In this document: positions 18,458 to 28,646 of the stretch, one piece after another
Position numbering within the stretch: position 1 is the stretch's first letter
Layout: the number at the start of each line of letters is the position of its first letter
Assembly (NCBI RefSeq): GCF_000039765.1
Contig: NC_004459.3
Location: 720,001-752,000 of the forward strand
Direction: 5' to 3'
DNA: 32,000 nt
From: Vibrio vulnificus CMCP6
GTDB lineage: Bacteria; Pseudomonadota; Gammaproteobacteria; Enterobacterales; Vibrionaceae
Program-made: the position numbers and the translations under genes
Notes under the pieces: model-generated
The model's input: the letters and a program-made list of their open reading frames with translations, nothing else
Told to the model about the DNA's origin: nothing
Database searches by the model: none

Positions 18458-19360
18458 ATGGCGGATAGCAGACCTCCCGTCGTCATTGACGTGGAACCCG
18501 AAACCAAAAGCGGCGGTTATCAGGAGAAAAAGTCCAGCTATATCAAAGACAGCGCGAGCCGAATCCAAACCATAGCGCAAACCTATGGCCTCGATGCGCT
18601 GTTGCAAAAAGATCCGCCAGCCAAAAATGCTCTAGAGCGGGCCGTGTTTCGTGAAGAGCAACGCAAAGAACAGCGACAAAAAAACCTAGAGCAGATCCTC
18701 AAGCTGGCGCATGTATCATGCAAAGATGAAACGGCTGGTGAGCCAGACCAGGATTGGCTCTACCGCTTCTTCGACATGGCGCAAGAGATCCACAACAGTG
18801 CCATGCAAAAATTGTGGGCACAGGTGCTTAAACGCGAAGTAACCAATCCGGGTTCAACCTCAATGAAAGCGCTGAAAGTGCTACAAGACATGACGCCAAA
18901 GGAAGCGCACATACTGCAACGTGCCGCCTCGCTTGCCTGCAGCTTTGGCGGTGACGCCAGCCGTAAATTACTCATTGGCTTTCGTGCGCAAGGCGGACTG
19001 TTCAGCTTTGGTAAGCGCGATACCACCAGCAACATTAATATTGGCAGCTTCCAACTTCCTTTCTCCAGTCTACTGGTTTTGATTGAGTTAGGGTTGCTGC
19101 ACGGAACTGAGCTTGAGTCGGGTGAAATTGAACAGCAAACGCCGCTCATGCTCACTTATCAAGGCAAAAATTTGCAGTTGAATGCCACATCCAAAGGAGT
19201 GCGTTTGCTTTATTACCGTTTTACTCCAACGGGGAATGAATTGTGTAAATTGCTTGGCAACAAACCGAATAACTCGTATTACGATCAACTGGTTGCGCTA
19301 CTCAATCAAAAATTTACCGTACAAAGTGACGCGCAAAGCAGCATCCATCACACCGTGTAA
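18458..19360 (+). CDS. Conserved hypothetical protein, DUF2806/TIGR03899-like
   Basis: This 300-aa ORF has a good SD (AAGGA, 7-nt spacing). The N-terminus is charged and probably disordered. The core DWLYRFFDMAQEIHNSAMQKLWAQVLKREVTNPGSTSMKALKVLQDMTPKEAHILQRAASLA matches my recollection of the DUF2806 signature. No catalytic motif was recognised. Confidence 0.7.
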   Translation: MADSRPPVVIDVEPETKSGGYQEKKSSYIKDSASRIQTIAQTYGLDALLQKDPPAKNALERAVFREEQRKEQRQKNLEQILKLAHVSCKDETAGEPDQDWLYRFFDMAQEIHNSAMQKLWAQVLKREVTNPGSTSMKALKVLQDMTPKEAHILQRAASLACSFGGDASRKLLIGFRAQGGLFSFGKRDTTSNINIGSFQLPFSSLLVLIELGLLHGTELESGEIEQQTPLMLTYQGKNLQLNATSKGVRLLYYRFTPTGNELCKLLGNKPNNSYYDQLVALLNQKFTVQSDAQSSIHHTV

Positions 19361-19424
19361 AACCGACGCGAAAATTGCCAGTACGGCAATAACGTCAAGC
19401 TATCCACATAAAATGAATCACAAT

Positions 19425-19460
19425 AAAAAAGTGAGTCTCGCGCTGCGACACTCACTTCTT
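19425..19460. terminator. Terminator hairpin between the convergent DUF2806-like gene and cysC
   Basis: GTGAGT (19431-19436) pairs with ACTCAC (19450-19455), and TCGC pairs with GCGA inside it. A6 precedes the hairpin, giving a U-run for minus-strand cysC. TTCTTGT follows it on the plus strand. Confidence 0.7.
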
Positions 19461-19486
19461 GTCATACAAAAATTCAGTTAACAGTA

Positions 19487-20110
19487 CTAACGTGGGGAAA
19501 TCACACCACGCAGAGTGAGCTGCTCCACCAGCAAATCCACCAGCGCTTCGATGCCTTTTTCTCCCGCAGGCAGGTCAATCTCTGGATTGAGTGGTACCTC
19601 ATATTCAGAGTCGATTCCCGTGAAGTTGGCAATTTCGCCTGCACGTGCTTTTTTATACAAACCTTTTGGATCGCGTTGTTCGCACACTTCTAATGACGTA
19701 TTGACGAAAACTTCAATAAACTCCCCTTCCGGCAATAAATCACGCACCAACTGACGCTCAGCGCGGTGAGGAGAAATAAATGCCGTCAACACGATCAATC
19801 CCGCATCAGCCATCAACTTAGCTAACTCACCGATACGGCGAATGTTTTCACGACGATCTTGCGTCGAAAAACCAAGATCACTGCACAAGCCGTGGCGTAC
19901 GTTGTCTCCATCCAATAGATAAGTATGAAAACCTTGTTCAGCAAGCCGATTTTCCAGCGCACCAGCCACTGTCGATTTGCCCGCACCAGACAATCCCGTA
20001 AACCAAAGCACGGCTGGCTTTTGCTGTTTTAAATCTGCGCGCTGCGTTTTAGTCACAGCATGTTGATGCCAAACGACATTTTCATCTTTTTGCGCGATAA
20101 CGCTGCTCAT
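19487..20110 (-). CDS. cysC: Adenylylsulfate (APS) kinase
   Basis: This 207-aa ORF has the P-loop [14 protein letters not shown], then [10 protein letters not shown] and FISPHRAER. Confidence 0.95.
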   Translation of the reverse strand: MSSVIAQKDENVVWHQHAVTKTQRADLKQQKPAVLWFTGLSGAGKSTVAGALENRLAEQGFHTYLLDGDNVRHGLCSDLGFSTQDRRENIRRIGELAKLMADAGLIVLTAFISPHRAERQLVRDLLPEGEFIEVFVNTSLEVCEQRDPKGLYKKARAGEIANFTGIDSEYEVPLNPEIDLPAGEKGIEALVDLLVEQLTLRGVISPR

Positions 20111-20123
20111 AGAAAATCCTTTT

Positions 20124-21848
20124 TTAAAACGGGAAGAAAATCGGAATCAGAGTCAACACCAGCACCGAATACACCAAAGAGATCGGCACACCAATTTTCA
20201 AATAATCCAACAAACGATAATTCCCCACGCTGTACACCAGCAAGTTGGTTTGATACCCGTAGGGTGAAATAAAACTGGCACTGGCACCAAACAACACCGC
20301 CATGATAAACGGCATCGGATCAACGCCATAGCCCAACGCCATGCTATAGCCCAGTGGAAAGGCAAGAGCCGCCGCGGCATTATTGGTCACCAATTCCGTC
20401 AGAATCAAAGTGACAAAGTAGGTGGCCACCAAAGCGCCAAACACACCCCAGCCATTGAAGGCTTCAATGAACATGCCGCCCATACGCTCTGAAAAACCAG
20501 AGCTGATCATCAACTGCGCAATCGACAGCGCTGAGCCAACAATCACCACAATATCAATCGGAAAACGTCGTCTTAGCTCATTGAGCTGCACAATACCAAA
20601 AACTACTAGAGCCAGCAGATACACCGCCAAGCCTTTAATGATCGGCACTAACCCCGTCAGTGCTGCAGCAATCACCGCCATAAAACCGAGTAACACCAAC
20701 GTCGATTTGTGGCTGTCTAAACGTGCGCTGGAATCCAAATCGTTCATCAGCACAAACTCTTTACGATGTGCCTGACGCTCCGCTTCAAATCGCTTGCCCG
20801 GCACTACCACTAAGGTATCGCCAGCCGCTAAGGTAATATTACCTAAGCCCCCTTCGAGACGCTCATGACCACGACGAATCGCCACCACAACCGCATCAAA
20901 CCGGTCACGAAAACGGCTCGATTTGAGGGTTTTATTGCAAAATGTCGCCGATGAACTCACCACCACTTCAACAAAGTTTTGTCCGTTGAGATGCTGCTGA
21001 CCAAACAAGGTCAAACCGGGAATTTCTTGCAACGTCGAGACGCTATCGACCTCACCACAAAACAACAAACGATCTTTGGCTTGCAGAACAAAATCAGGCC
21101 CCACTGAAGGCACCGTTTGCCCATCACGAATCACCTCTGCCAAAAACAGCTTACGCAAAGCACGTAGATTGTTCTCGGTGATGCTACGCCCCACCAGTGG
21201 TGAACCGGGTTCCACCGCGGCTTCTAGGAAATACGGTAACTCATCTTGGCCTTGGTCATCGTAATCGGGTAGCAAATAACTGAGCGGAATCAGTACCAAC
21301 ACCCCGCCAATCACGATCGCCAAACCAATCAACGTTGGAGTAAAGAAACTGAGACTGGGTAGTCCCGCATCTTCGACAAAACTGTTGATGATCAAATTGG
21401 TGGACGTGCCAATTAACGTCAGTGTGCCACCAAAAATCGCCGCATAAGAAAGCGGGATCAAGAGCTTAGAAGGCGCATGCTGACGATTGCGTTTGATTGC
21501 CCCAATCAGAGACACCACTACTGCGGTGTTATTGGTAAACGAAGAGAGAAAGGCCGTAGAAAAACCCAGTTTCGCTACCACTGTCAACAATCTGCCTTCC
21601 GAAATACTGCGACTGACCCAACTGATCAAACGCGTCTTTTCCAACGCAGTCGAAGCGAGAATCAGCAACACTAAGGTCAATAAGGACGAGTTGGTGAAAT
21701 TCGCCGCAATCGCGGTTAGATCACTCATTCCAGCCATAAATGCAGCAAACGCCGCACCAGCAAAAATATAGCTTGGTTTGATTTTCGTGACGAGCAAACA
21801 GGTGATGATGCCCAGCAACAACGCCAATACAAATCCTTGCTCCCACAT
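20124..21848 (-). CDS. DASS/SLC13-family anion transporter with two central TrkA-C domains (putative sulfate permease)
   Basis: This 574-aa polytopic ORF has N- and C-terminal transporter halves. The central soluble segment contains two TrkA-C-like repeats ([10 protein letters not shown]...[11 protein letters not shown] and NKTLKSSRF...[11 protein letters not shown]). It sits 13 nt upstream of cysC and 87 nt downstream of cysN. Confidence 0.8.
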   Translation of the reverse strand: MWEQGFVLALLLGIITCLLVTKIKPSYIFAGAAFAAFMAGMSDLTAIAANFTNSSLLTLVLLILASTALEKTRLISWVSRSISEGRLLTVVAKLGFSTAFLSSFTNNTAVVVSLIGAIKRNRQHAPSKLLIPLSYAAIFGGTLTLIGTSTNLIINSFVEDAGLPSLSFFTPTLIGLAIVIGGVLVLIPLSYLLPDYDDQGQDELPYFLEAAVEPGSPLVGRSITENNLRALRKLFLAEVIRDGQTVPSVGPDFVLQAKDRLLFCGEVDSVSTLQEIPGLTLFGQQHLNGQNFVEVVVSSSATFCNKTLKSSRFRDRFDAVVVAIRRGHERLEGGLGNITLAAGDTLVVVPGKRFEAERQAHRKEFVLMNDLDSSARLDSHKSTLVLLGFMAVIAAALTGLVPIIKGLAVYLLALVVFGIVQLNELRRRFPIDIVVIVGSALSIAQLMISSGFSERMGGMFIEAFNGWGVFGALVATYFVTLILTELVTNNAAAALAFPLGYSMALGYGVDPMPFIMAVLFGASASFISPYGYQTNLLVYSVGNYRLLDYLKIGVPISLVYSVLVLTLIPIFFPF

Positions 21849-21935
21849 ACTACATCCCCATGACGGGGGAGCCTCACTCCCCCAGTTACAACAACGTCTG
21901 ACTGACTCTACAAACTTCGGTATGATGACTCAGTG

Positions 21936-23366
21936 TTACTTCTTAAGCAGTTCGCTCAAATCTTTCGCATCCCAATGTGGGAAATGCTTGCGAATGAGTG
22001 CATTCAATTCCAACTCAAATGCGGAGAAATCACTGCTTGCTTTGGTTACTTCCGTCAAGCTCTCACTCACCATGCCCGCACCAACAGTGACGTTTGTCAG
22101 GCGATCGATGATGATGAAACCACCAGTATCAGCACAGTCTTGGTAGTTATCCAGAGCGATAGACTCATTAAACGTCCACTCACACAAACCAATACCATTC
22201 AATGGCAACTCAGCCGCACTGTGTTTAGAAAGGTTGTTGATGTCATATTGATGATGAATGTGCTCAACGCGACCAATGGTCTTTTTACCAGCAATCTTGA
22301 TGTCATAATCACGACCAGGCTGAAGTGGCTGTTCTGTCATCCACACCACATCCGCTGCCAAATGGTTAGTGAGCTCCACATTCGCACCATGGTGAACAAT
22401 CAAATCCCCGCGGCTGATATCGATCTCATCGGCCAGAGTCAGCGTCACTGCTAAACCCGCTTGCGCCTGTTCAAGATCGCCATCGAAGGTGACGATGCGC
22501 GCAACGGTTGAGCTCTTACCCGATGGCAACGCCGTAATGCGATCGCCCACCTTCACCACACCAGACGAAATGGTGCCAGCGAAACCACGAAAATCGAGGT
22601 TTGGACGATTAACGTATTGCACTGGGAAACGGAATTCACCCGCTTCTTTCTCTTTTACTACGTCCACCGATTCCAAAATTTCCAGTAGTGTCGGGCCTTG
22701 GTACCAAGCCATTTGCTGGCTTAGTTCAACCACGTTGTCGCCTTCCAGAGCAGAGATTGGGATAATTTGAATATCCGTTTCACCACGAAGATTTTTCGAA
22801 AACGCTTGGTATTCGGCTTTAATTTCTTCAAAACGCTGTTGAGAAAATTCCACCAAGTCCATTTTGTTAACCGCCACCACAAAGTGTTTCAGGCCGAGCA
22901 AATTGGAGATAAACGAGTGGCGACGCGTTTGATCCAACACCCCTTTACGCGCATCGATCAAAATCACCGCAAGATCACAGGTAGAAGCACCTGTTGCCAT
23001 GTTGCGCGTGTACTGCTCATGCCCTGGAGTATCGGCGATAATGAATTTCCGCTTTTGGGTTGAGAAGTAGCGATAAGCCACATCGATGGTGATGCCTTGC
23101 TCACGCTCCGCTTGCAGACCATCCACTAACAACGCCAAGTCTGGACGGCTGCCGGTGGTGCCAACGCGCTGGCTATCGTTATGTACGGCGGCCAATTGAT
23201 CTTCATAAATCTGTTTTGAGTCGTGTAGCAAACGACCAATCAGGGTACTTTTACCATCGTCTACCGAGCCACATGTCAGGAATCTAAGTAGCGATTTGTG
23301 TTGGTGTTGATTTAGGTAACCTTCAATACCTAACTCAGCGAGCTGAGCTTGAACTGCACTATTCAT
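21936..23366 (-). CDS. cysN: Sulfate adenylyltransferase subunit 1 (GTPase)
   Basis: This 476-aa ORF has GTPase motifs ([28 protein letters not shown]) and an EF-Tu-like fold. It follows cysD. Confidence 0.95.
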   Translation of the reverse strand: MNSAVQAQLAELGIEGYLNQHQHKSLLRFLTCGSVDDGKSTLIGRLLHDSKQIYEDQLAAVHNDSQRVGTTGSRPDLALLVDGLQAEREQGITIDVAYRYFSTQKRKFIIADTPGHEQYTRNMATGASTCDLAVILIDARKGVLDQTRRHSFISNLLGLKHFVVAVNKMDLVEFSQQRFEEIKAEYQAFSKNLRGETDIQIIPISALEGDNVVELSQQMAWYQGPTLLEILESVDVVKEKEAGEFRFPVQYVNRPNLDFRGFAGTISSGVVKVGDRITALPSGKSSTVARIVTFDGDLEQAQAGLAVTLTLADEIDISRGDLIVHHGANVELTNHLAADVVWMTEQPLQPGRDYDIKIAGKKTIGRVEHIHHQYDINNLSKHSAAELPLNGIGLCEWTFNESIALDNYQDCADTGGFIIIDRLTNVTVGAGMVSESLTEVTKASSDFSAFELELNALIRKHFPHWDAKDLSELLKK

Positions 23367-23383
23367 TTTCTTTCCTTAGATCC

Positions 23384-24292
23384 TTAGAAGTAACCCTGAC
23401 GTTTTTTCAGTTCCATCGAACCCGATTGATCGTGGTCGATGGCTCGTCCTTGACGCTCACTGGAAGTCGCCACCAGCATCTCTTCAATAATGCCTGTCAA
23501 CGTATTCGCCTCTGATTCGATCGCGCCCGTCAGTGGGTAACAACCGAGGGTACGGAAACGTACGCTTTTCTCTTCAATCACTTCACCTTCTTTCAGCTTC
23601 ATACGATCATCGTCCACCATGATCAGCATGCCATCACGCTCTACCACCGGGCGTTTAGCGGCCAGATACAGCGGAACAATCTCGATGTTCTCTAGATAGA
23701 TGTATTGCCAAATATCCAATTCTGTCCAATTCGACAAAGGGAACACGCGAATGCTTTCGCCTTTGTTTACTTGGCCGTTATAGGTTTTCCACAGCTCTGG
23801 GCGCTGATTTTTTGGATCCCAAGTGTGGTTTTTGTCGCGGAATGAGTAGACACGCTCTTTCGCTCGCGATTTTTCTTCATCACGACGCGCGCCACCAAAG
23901 GCAGCATCAAAACCATACTTATTTAATGCTTGCTTAAGACCTTGCGTTTTCATGATGTCAGTATGTTTCGAAGAGCCGTGGGTAAATGGGCTACATCCCA
24001 TAGCGAGACCTTCTGGGTTCTTATGTACCAACAATTCAAAGCCGTACTTCTCTGCCGTACGATCACGAAATTCGATCATTTCGCGGAATTTCCAATCCGT
24101 ATCTACATGCAGTAGTGGGAAAGGAATCTTCCCTGGATAGAAGGCTTTGCGTGCTAAATGCAGCATGACCGAAGAGTCTTTGCCGATTGAGTACATCATT
24201 ACTGGATTGTCGAACTCAGCAGCCACTTCACGAATAATGTGAATGCTTTCTGCTTCCAGCTGCTTCAAGTGAGTCAGGCGTTGTTGATCCAT
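23384..24292 (-). CDS. cysD: Sulfate adenylyltransferase subunit 2
   Basis: This 302-aa ORF has a PAPS-reductase/ATP-sulfurylase fold ([29 protein letters not shown]). Confidence 0.95.
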   Translation of the reverse strand: MDQQRLTHLKQLEAESIHIIREVAAEFDNPVMMYSIGKDSSVMLHLARKAFYPGKIPFPLLHVDTDWKFREMIEFRDRTAEKYGFELLVHKNPEGLAMGCSPFTHGSSKHTDIMKTQGLKQALNKYGFDAAFGGARRDEEKSRAKERVYSFRDKNHTWDPKNQRPELWKTYNGQVNKGESIRVFPLSNWTELDIWQYIYLENIEIVPLYLAAKRPVVERDGMLIMVDDDRMKLKEGEVIEEKSVRFRTLGCYPLTGAIESEANTLTGIIEEMLVATSSERQGRAIDHDQSGSMELKKRQGYF

Positions 24293-24349
24293 AGTTATTT
24301 CCTTTTTAAACCTTTTGGCTTATACGTATCCCTAAATCTTTGGTAACGA

Positions 24350-25225
24350 TTATATTGAGTTGGCAATAGCACTATTGTTGATTCGAGTACCAGATAAGAA
24401 CCAATCTAATTTCTGAGACAACTGCACCACTTCACCGATCACAATCAGTGCTGGAGCCTCTGCTTTCTTAGCTAAATCAGCAAGTTCCGATAATTGACCT
24501 TTAAAAACTTTCTGTGACAACTGAGTCCCACGTTCGATAATCGCAATCGGTGTTTGTGCTCTGCGACCGTGTTTGATCAATTGCTCTTGAATGTAATTCG
24601 ACTTCATCAACCCCATATAAATCACCAGTGTTTGCTGCCCTCTTGCCAGAGTCGACCAATCCAATTGGTCACTTTCTGCTTTGAGATGCCCTGTAATAAA
24701 CATAGCGGATTGTGCGTAATCACGATGGGTAAGCGGTATGCCCGCATACGCTGTGGCGCCCGCTGCGGCAGTAATACCTGGGACCACTTGAAAGGTAATA
24801 CCAGCATCGGCTAACACTTCTAGTTCTTCGCCGCCACGGCCAAAAACAAACGGATCCCCCCCTTTGATGCGCACGACTTTGTAACCTTGCTTGGCAAAGT
24901 CCACGAGGAGTTGGTTGGTTTTCTCTTGAGGCACGCTGTGGTGACCCGCTCGCTTACCGACACACACTAAAATGGCGTCATTGGGTACCAGAGCCATGAT
25001 CTCATCAGAGACGAGGTAGTCGTACAGCACGACTTCGGCTTGCTGTAGGTAATTGAGTGCTTTGAGCGTCAGTAGCTCCGGGTCACCCGGACCCGCACCG
25101 ACTAAAGCCACTTCACCATGCTTGAGCTGGCTGTGACCATAACGGCCAGCCGTAGGATTACTTGCCACAACGCTAGGGCGCTTAAAGGGGAAAACCGTTG
25201 CTGTGTCCTTGTCTGCCATGCTCAT
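24350..25225 (-). CDS. cobA: Uroporphyrinogen-III C-methyltransferase (stand-alone SUMT, siroheme branch)
   Basis: This 291-aa ORF has [36 protein letters not shown] and PGITAA. There is no CysG-type N-terminal dehydrogenase/ferrochelatase domain. It is the first gene of the cys operon. Confidence 0.9.
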   Translation of the reverse strand: MSMADKDTATVFPFKRPSVVASNPTAGRYGHSQLKHGEVALVGAGPGDPELLTLKALNYLQQAEVVLYDYLVSDEIMALVPNDAILVCVGKRAGHHSVPQEKTNQLLVDFAKQGYKVVRIKGGDPFVFGRGGEELEVLADAGITFQVVPGITAAAGATAYAGIPLTHRDYAQSAMFITGHLKAESDQLDWSTLARGQQTLVIYMGLMKSNYIQEQLIKHGRRAQTPIAIIERGTQLSQKVFKGQLSELADLAKKAEAPALIVIGEVVQLSQKLDWFLSGTRINNSAIANSI

Positions 25226-25497
25226 CTTTCCATCGAACTATTGATAAGCGCATTATGGCGAGCTCTTCATATTACCTGAAATTCTAAAATTTCATTTTTT
25301 ATTCAAAAAACTGCTAAGGAAAAACAATCTCGTTACTCTCAGCGCTGAAATAACCCGCAAAAGGTGAGAGATAATAAGCAGAACGGGATAAAGTAATTGC
25401 TCAAAATCACAATTCAATGTGTCGCGTAAGATAGGTTTCATCATTATTTGTTACATTAATCACCGACCTTTCCGCAAACATTCTTTTGGAGCAGACA

Positions 25498-27459
25498 ATG
25501 AAAGTGGCAGTGAAACCCCTATCTCTAGCCGTTTTAAGCAGCATGTTAGTCATGGCTGGCCCAGCAATGGCTGAGACCATCAAACTACGCATTATTGAAA
25601 CCACCGATATTCACACTAATGTGATGGACTACGACTACTACAAAGACAAGCCTTCACAACAAATTGGTTTGACGCGTGCAGCAACGCTGGTCAAACAAGC
25701 ACGTGGTGAAGTGGTCAACAGCGTATTGGTTGATAACGGTGACTTAATTCAAGGTAGCCCGATGGGTGACTACATGGCAGCTAAAGGCATTAAAGCGGGT
25801 GAAGTTCATCCTGTTTACAAAGCCATGAACCAGCTGAGCTACGATGTCGGTAACATTGGTAACCACGAATTCAACTACGGTTTGGAGTTCTTAGCGGAAA
25901 CCATTAATGATGCTGATTTCCCGTACGTCAGCGCCAACGTTTTTGATAAGAAAACGGGCAAGCACTACTTCAAACCTTACATCATCAAAGATCACACCTT
26001 CAAAGACGTAAACGGTGAAGAGCACACCATCAAAGTGGGCTACATTGGCTTTGTACCTCCTCAAATTATGGTGTGGGACAAGAAAAACCTCGAAGGCAAA
26101 GTGTTCGCCAAAGACATCAAAGAAACAGCAGAAGAGCTGGTTCCGCAGATGAAGAAAGAAGGTGCCGATGTGATCGTCGCCATTCCACACTCAGGCGTCT
26201 CCTCTGACCCATACAAAATTGGCGCAGAAAACTCGGTTTACTACCTCTCAGAAGTGGACGGCATTGATGCAATTGCGTTTGGCCACTCCCACGCCGTGTT
26301 CCCAGGTAAAGGCTTTGACAACATCCAAGGTGTCGATAATCAAGCTGGCACCATCAACGGTGTTGCGGCGGTGATGCCAGGACGCTGGGGCAGCCATGTC
26401 GGCATCATTGATTTGGAGCTGCAACAGAAGCAGGGCAAATGGACGGTGGTGAAAGGACAAACGGAAGCGCGCCCAATTTTCGACAAAACGACCAAGAAAC
26501 CATTAGTCGACGCCGATGCGGCGATGGTAAAAGCACTGGAAGCCGACCACAAAGGCACACGCGAATTCGTTAACCAACCTATCGGTAAAGCGAACGATGT
26601 GATGTACAGCTTCCTCGCATTGGTTCAAGACGACCCAACAGTGCAAATTGTTAACTTAGCGCAGAAAGATTACGTAGAACGCTTCATTCAAGGCGATCCT
26701 GATCTTGCTGGCCTGCCTGTTCTTTCTGCCGCTGCCCCTTTTAAGGCGGGTGGTCGTAAAAACGATCCGGCCAACTTTACCGAAGTTGAATCTGGTCAAT
26801 TAACGTTCCGTAACGCAGCCGATTTGTACCTTTATCCAAATACACTGGTAGCAATGAAAGTCACTGGTCATGAAGTGAAAGAGTGGCTTGAATGCAGTGC
26901 AGGTCAGTTCAAGCAAATCGACGTCAGCAGCACGGCGCCTCAATCTCTGATCGATTGGGATGGTTTCCGCACGTATAACTTCGATGTGATCGATGGAGTG
27001 AACTACCAGATTGATGTGACCAAACCTGCAAAATACGACGGTGATTGTAAAGTGATCAACGCCGATTCAGAGCGTGTTATTGGCCTGACTTACCAAGGCA
27101 AGCCGATCGATGTGAAGCAAACATTCATTATTGCGACCAACAATTACCGCGCTTACAGCAACAAATTCCCAGGCACTGGATCTGAGTTTGTTGCGTTTGA
27201 TTCACCAGATGAAAACCGCACTGTTGTGGCCAACTACATCTCTCGCGTGAGCCAAGAAAAAGGTGAAGTGACACCAAGTGCCGACAATAACTGGACTTTT
27301 GCGCCGATTAAGTCAGACAAAGCACTGGATATTCGCTTTGAAACCTCGCCAAGCGACAAAGCGGCTCAGTTCATCAAGGAGAAAGGCATCTACCCAATGA
27401 AGCAGATTGCGACGGACGACGTTGGTTTCGCCGTGTACCAGTTGGATCTACAAAAATAA
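25498..27459 (+). CDS. cpdB: 2',3'-cyclic-nucleotide 2'-phosphodiesterase / 3'-nucleotidase
   Basis: The product has a signal peptide ([25 protein letters not shown]), metallophosphoesterase motifs ([25 protein letters not shown]) and a 5'-nucleotidase C-terminal domain. I chose the ATG at 25498 (GGAG 6 nt upstream); the track start 25486 is a TTG. Confidence 0.93.
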   Translation: MKVAVKPLSLAVLSSMLVMAGPAMAETIKLRIIETTDIHTNVMDYDYYKDKPSQQIGLTRAATLVKQARGEVVNSVLVDNGDLIQGSPMGDYMAAKGIKAGEVHPVYKAMNQLSYDVGNIGNHEFNYGLEFLAETINDADFPYVSANVFDKKTGKHYFKPYIIKDHTFKDVNGEEHTIKVGYIGFVPPQIMVWDKKNLEGKVFAKDIKETAEELVPQMKKEGADVIVAIPHSGVSSDPYKIGAENSVYYLSEVDGIDAIAFGHSHAVFPGKGFDNIQGVDNQAGTINGVAAVMPGRWGSHVGIIDLELQQKQGKWTVVKGQTEARPIFDKTTKKPLVDADAAMVKALEADHKGTREFVNQPIGKANDVMYSFLALVQDDPTVQIVNLAQKDYVERFIQGDPDLAGLPVLSAAAPFKAGGRKNDPANFTEVESGQLTFRNAADLYLYPNTLVAMKVTGHEVKEWLECSAGQFKQIDVSSTAPQSLIDWDGFRTYNFDVIDGVNYQIDVTKPAKYDGDCKVINADSERVIGLTYQGKPIDVKQTFIIATNNYRAYSNKFPGTGSEFVAFDSPDENRTVVANYISRVSQEKGEVTPSADNNWTFAPIKSDKALDIRFETSPSDKAAQFIKEKGIYPMKQIATDDVGFAVYQLDLQK

Positions 27460-27490
27460 CTTTTCTCGATATGAGAAATGCTTAAACTCA

Positions 27491-27520
27491 AACCGTTGCC
27501 CTAAGGCAACGGTTTTTTTT
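27491..27520 (+). terminator. Rho-independent terminator of cpdB
   Basis: AACCGTTGCC-CTAA-GGCAACGGTT forms a 10-bp perfect stem. T8 follows. Confidence 0.9.
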
Positions 27521-27530
27521 AGGGAGAGAC

Positions 27531-28094
27531 ATGGACACTCGCTTTACACAACAGCTTCAGCAGCTCAATTTATCCGCCGATGACATTGCTCTGGTGCTCT
27601 CTCACGCCAAAGAGTTGCAATTACCCACTCGTCATATTCTCCATCATCAGGGAGAGTATCCGCAGCAATTTTATTTTTTGCTCGATGGATTGTGCCACGC
27701 CTGCTATCTCACCGAAGACGGTAAAGAATTCAGCAAAGAATTCTATTGGGAAGTCGATTGGATGATCGGTTTTGAAAGCGCAATTTTGCAACAAGCGAGC
27801 CCTTTTCTGCTTGAGACATTAACACCAGTGCATTTACTGACATTTCCTATCGAACTACTGCAGCATTGGCGCTCAACGCATCACCCGCTTTACACGCACT
27901 TACTCGAGACTCAACTGGTTTACAAAGAACGTAAAGAGCGCTTTTTGCTGCTTCACACTCCTGAGCAAAAATACCACTTGTTTAAAACATCGTTCCCCAC
28001 GTTATTGGAACGGCTCAGTGATCGGCAAATTGCGGCGTATTTGGGTATCACCCCTGTCAGCCTAAGTCGAATCAAAAACCGTTCAACGGTTTAA
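27531..28094 (+). CDS. Crp/Fnr-family transcriptional regulator (short, atypical effector pocket)
   Basis: This 187-aa ORF has an N-terminal cNMP-binding-like beta-roll (HQGEYPQQFYFLLDGLCHACYLTEDGKE) and a C-terminal HTH (RQIAAYLGITPVSLSRIKNR). GGGAGAG is the SD. Confidence 0.8.
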   Translation: MDTRFTQQLQQLNLSADDIALVLSHAKELQLPTRHILHHQGEYPQQFYFLLDGLCHACYLTEDGKEFSKEFYWEVDWMIGFESAILQQASPFLLETLTPVHLLTFPIELLQHWRSTHHPLYTHLLETQLVYKERKERFLLLHTPEQKYHLFKTSFPTLLERLSDRQIAAYLGITPVSLSRIKNRSTV

Positions 28095-28193
28095 CTCGAT
28101 GACATAGAGATAACCATCGTTAACCTATGTTAATGGCATTAGCGGGAGACAAAGATTAGAGTCGCCATACTCATTTCATAAGGAGCGTTATCC

Positions 28194-28646
28194 ATGATCC
28201 AATGGCAATTGCTGCCGTTTGCGCAGCTGTCAAACACCCAGCTTTATCAGTTATTAAAACTTCGCGTTGATGTCTTCGTCGTTGAGCAAAATTGCCCGTA
28301 TCCTGAGCTCGATGGTCACGATACAAAACTAGGGGTCTACCATCTATTGGGTTATCAAGGAGAAGAGTTGGTTGCTTGTAGTCGCTTGCTTCCTGCTGGA
28401 ACCACTTACCCTCACGCCTCAATCGGACGCGTGGCAACCTTAGCCAGTGCACGAGGCAATGGCCTTGGCCATCAATTGCTCAATCAGGCGTTGCAATGTT
28501 GTGACAAACTTTGGCCAAACACAATAATCGACATTGGTGCCCAACAACACCTTGAAGCGTTTTACCAACATCACGGCTTTCGCACAGTGTCAGACATGTA
28601 CCTTGAGGATGGCATCCCCCATATCGACATGCGTAAAGGCGACTAA
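28194..28646 (+). CDS. elaA: GNAT family N-acetyltransferase, ElaA-like
   Basis: This 150-aa ORF is colinear with ElaA: LYQLLKLRVDVFVVEQNCPYPELDG.D, acetyl-CoA motif RGNGLGHQLL, HLEAFYQHHGF. AAGGAG is the SD. Confidence 0.8.
   Translation: MIQWQLLPFAQLSNTQLYQLLKLRVDVFVVEQNCPYPELDGHDTKLGVYHLLGYQGEELVACSRLLPAGTTYPHASIGRVATLASARGNGLGHQLLNQALQCCDKLWPNTIIDIGAQQHLEAFYQHHGFRTVSDMYLEDGIPHIDMRKGD

Noticed and set aside
18218-18607. A GTG-start 70-aa plus-strand ORF and a 103-aa minus-strand ORF in and around the leader of the DUF2806-like gene.
   Set aside because: Neither has an SD or any recognisable features. The minus-strand ORF overlaps the well-supported start of the 300-aa gene.
25486-25497. 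MEQT extension of cpdB from a TTG start.
   Set aside because: The ATG at 25498 has GGAG at optimal spacing and gives a canonical signal peptide. The TTG would place that SD inside the coding region.
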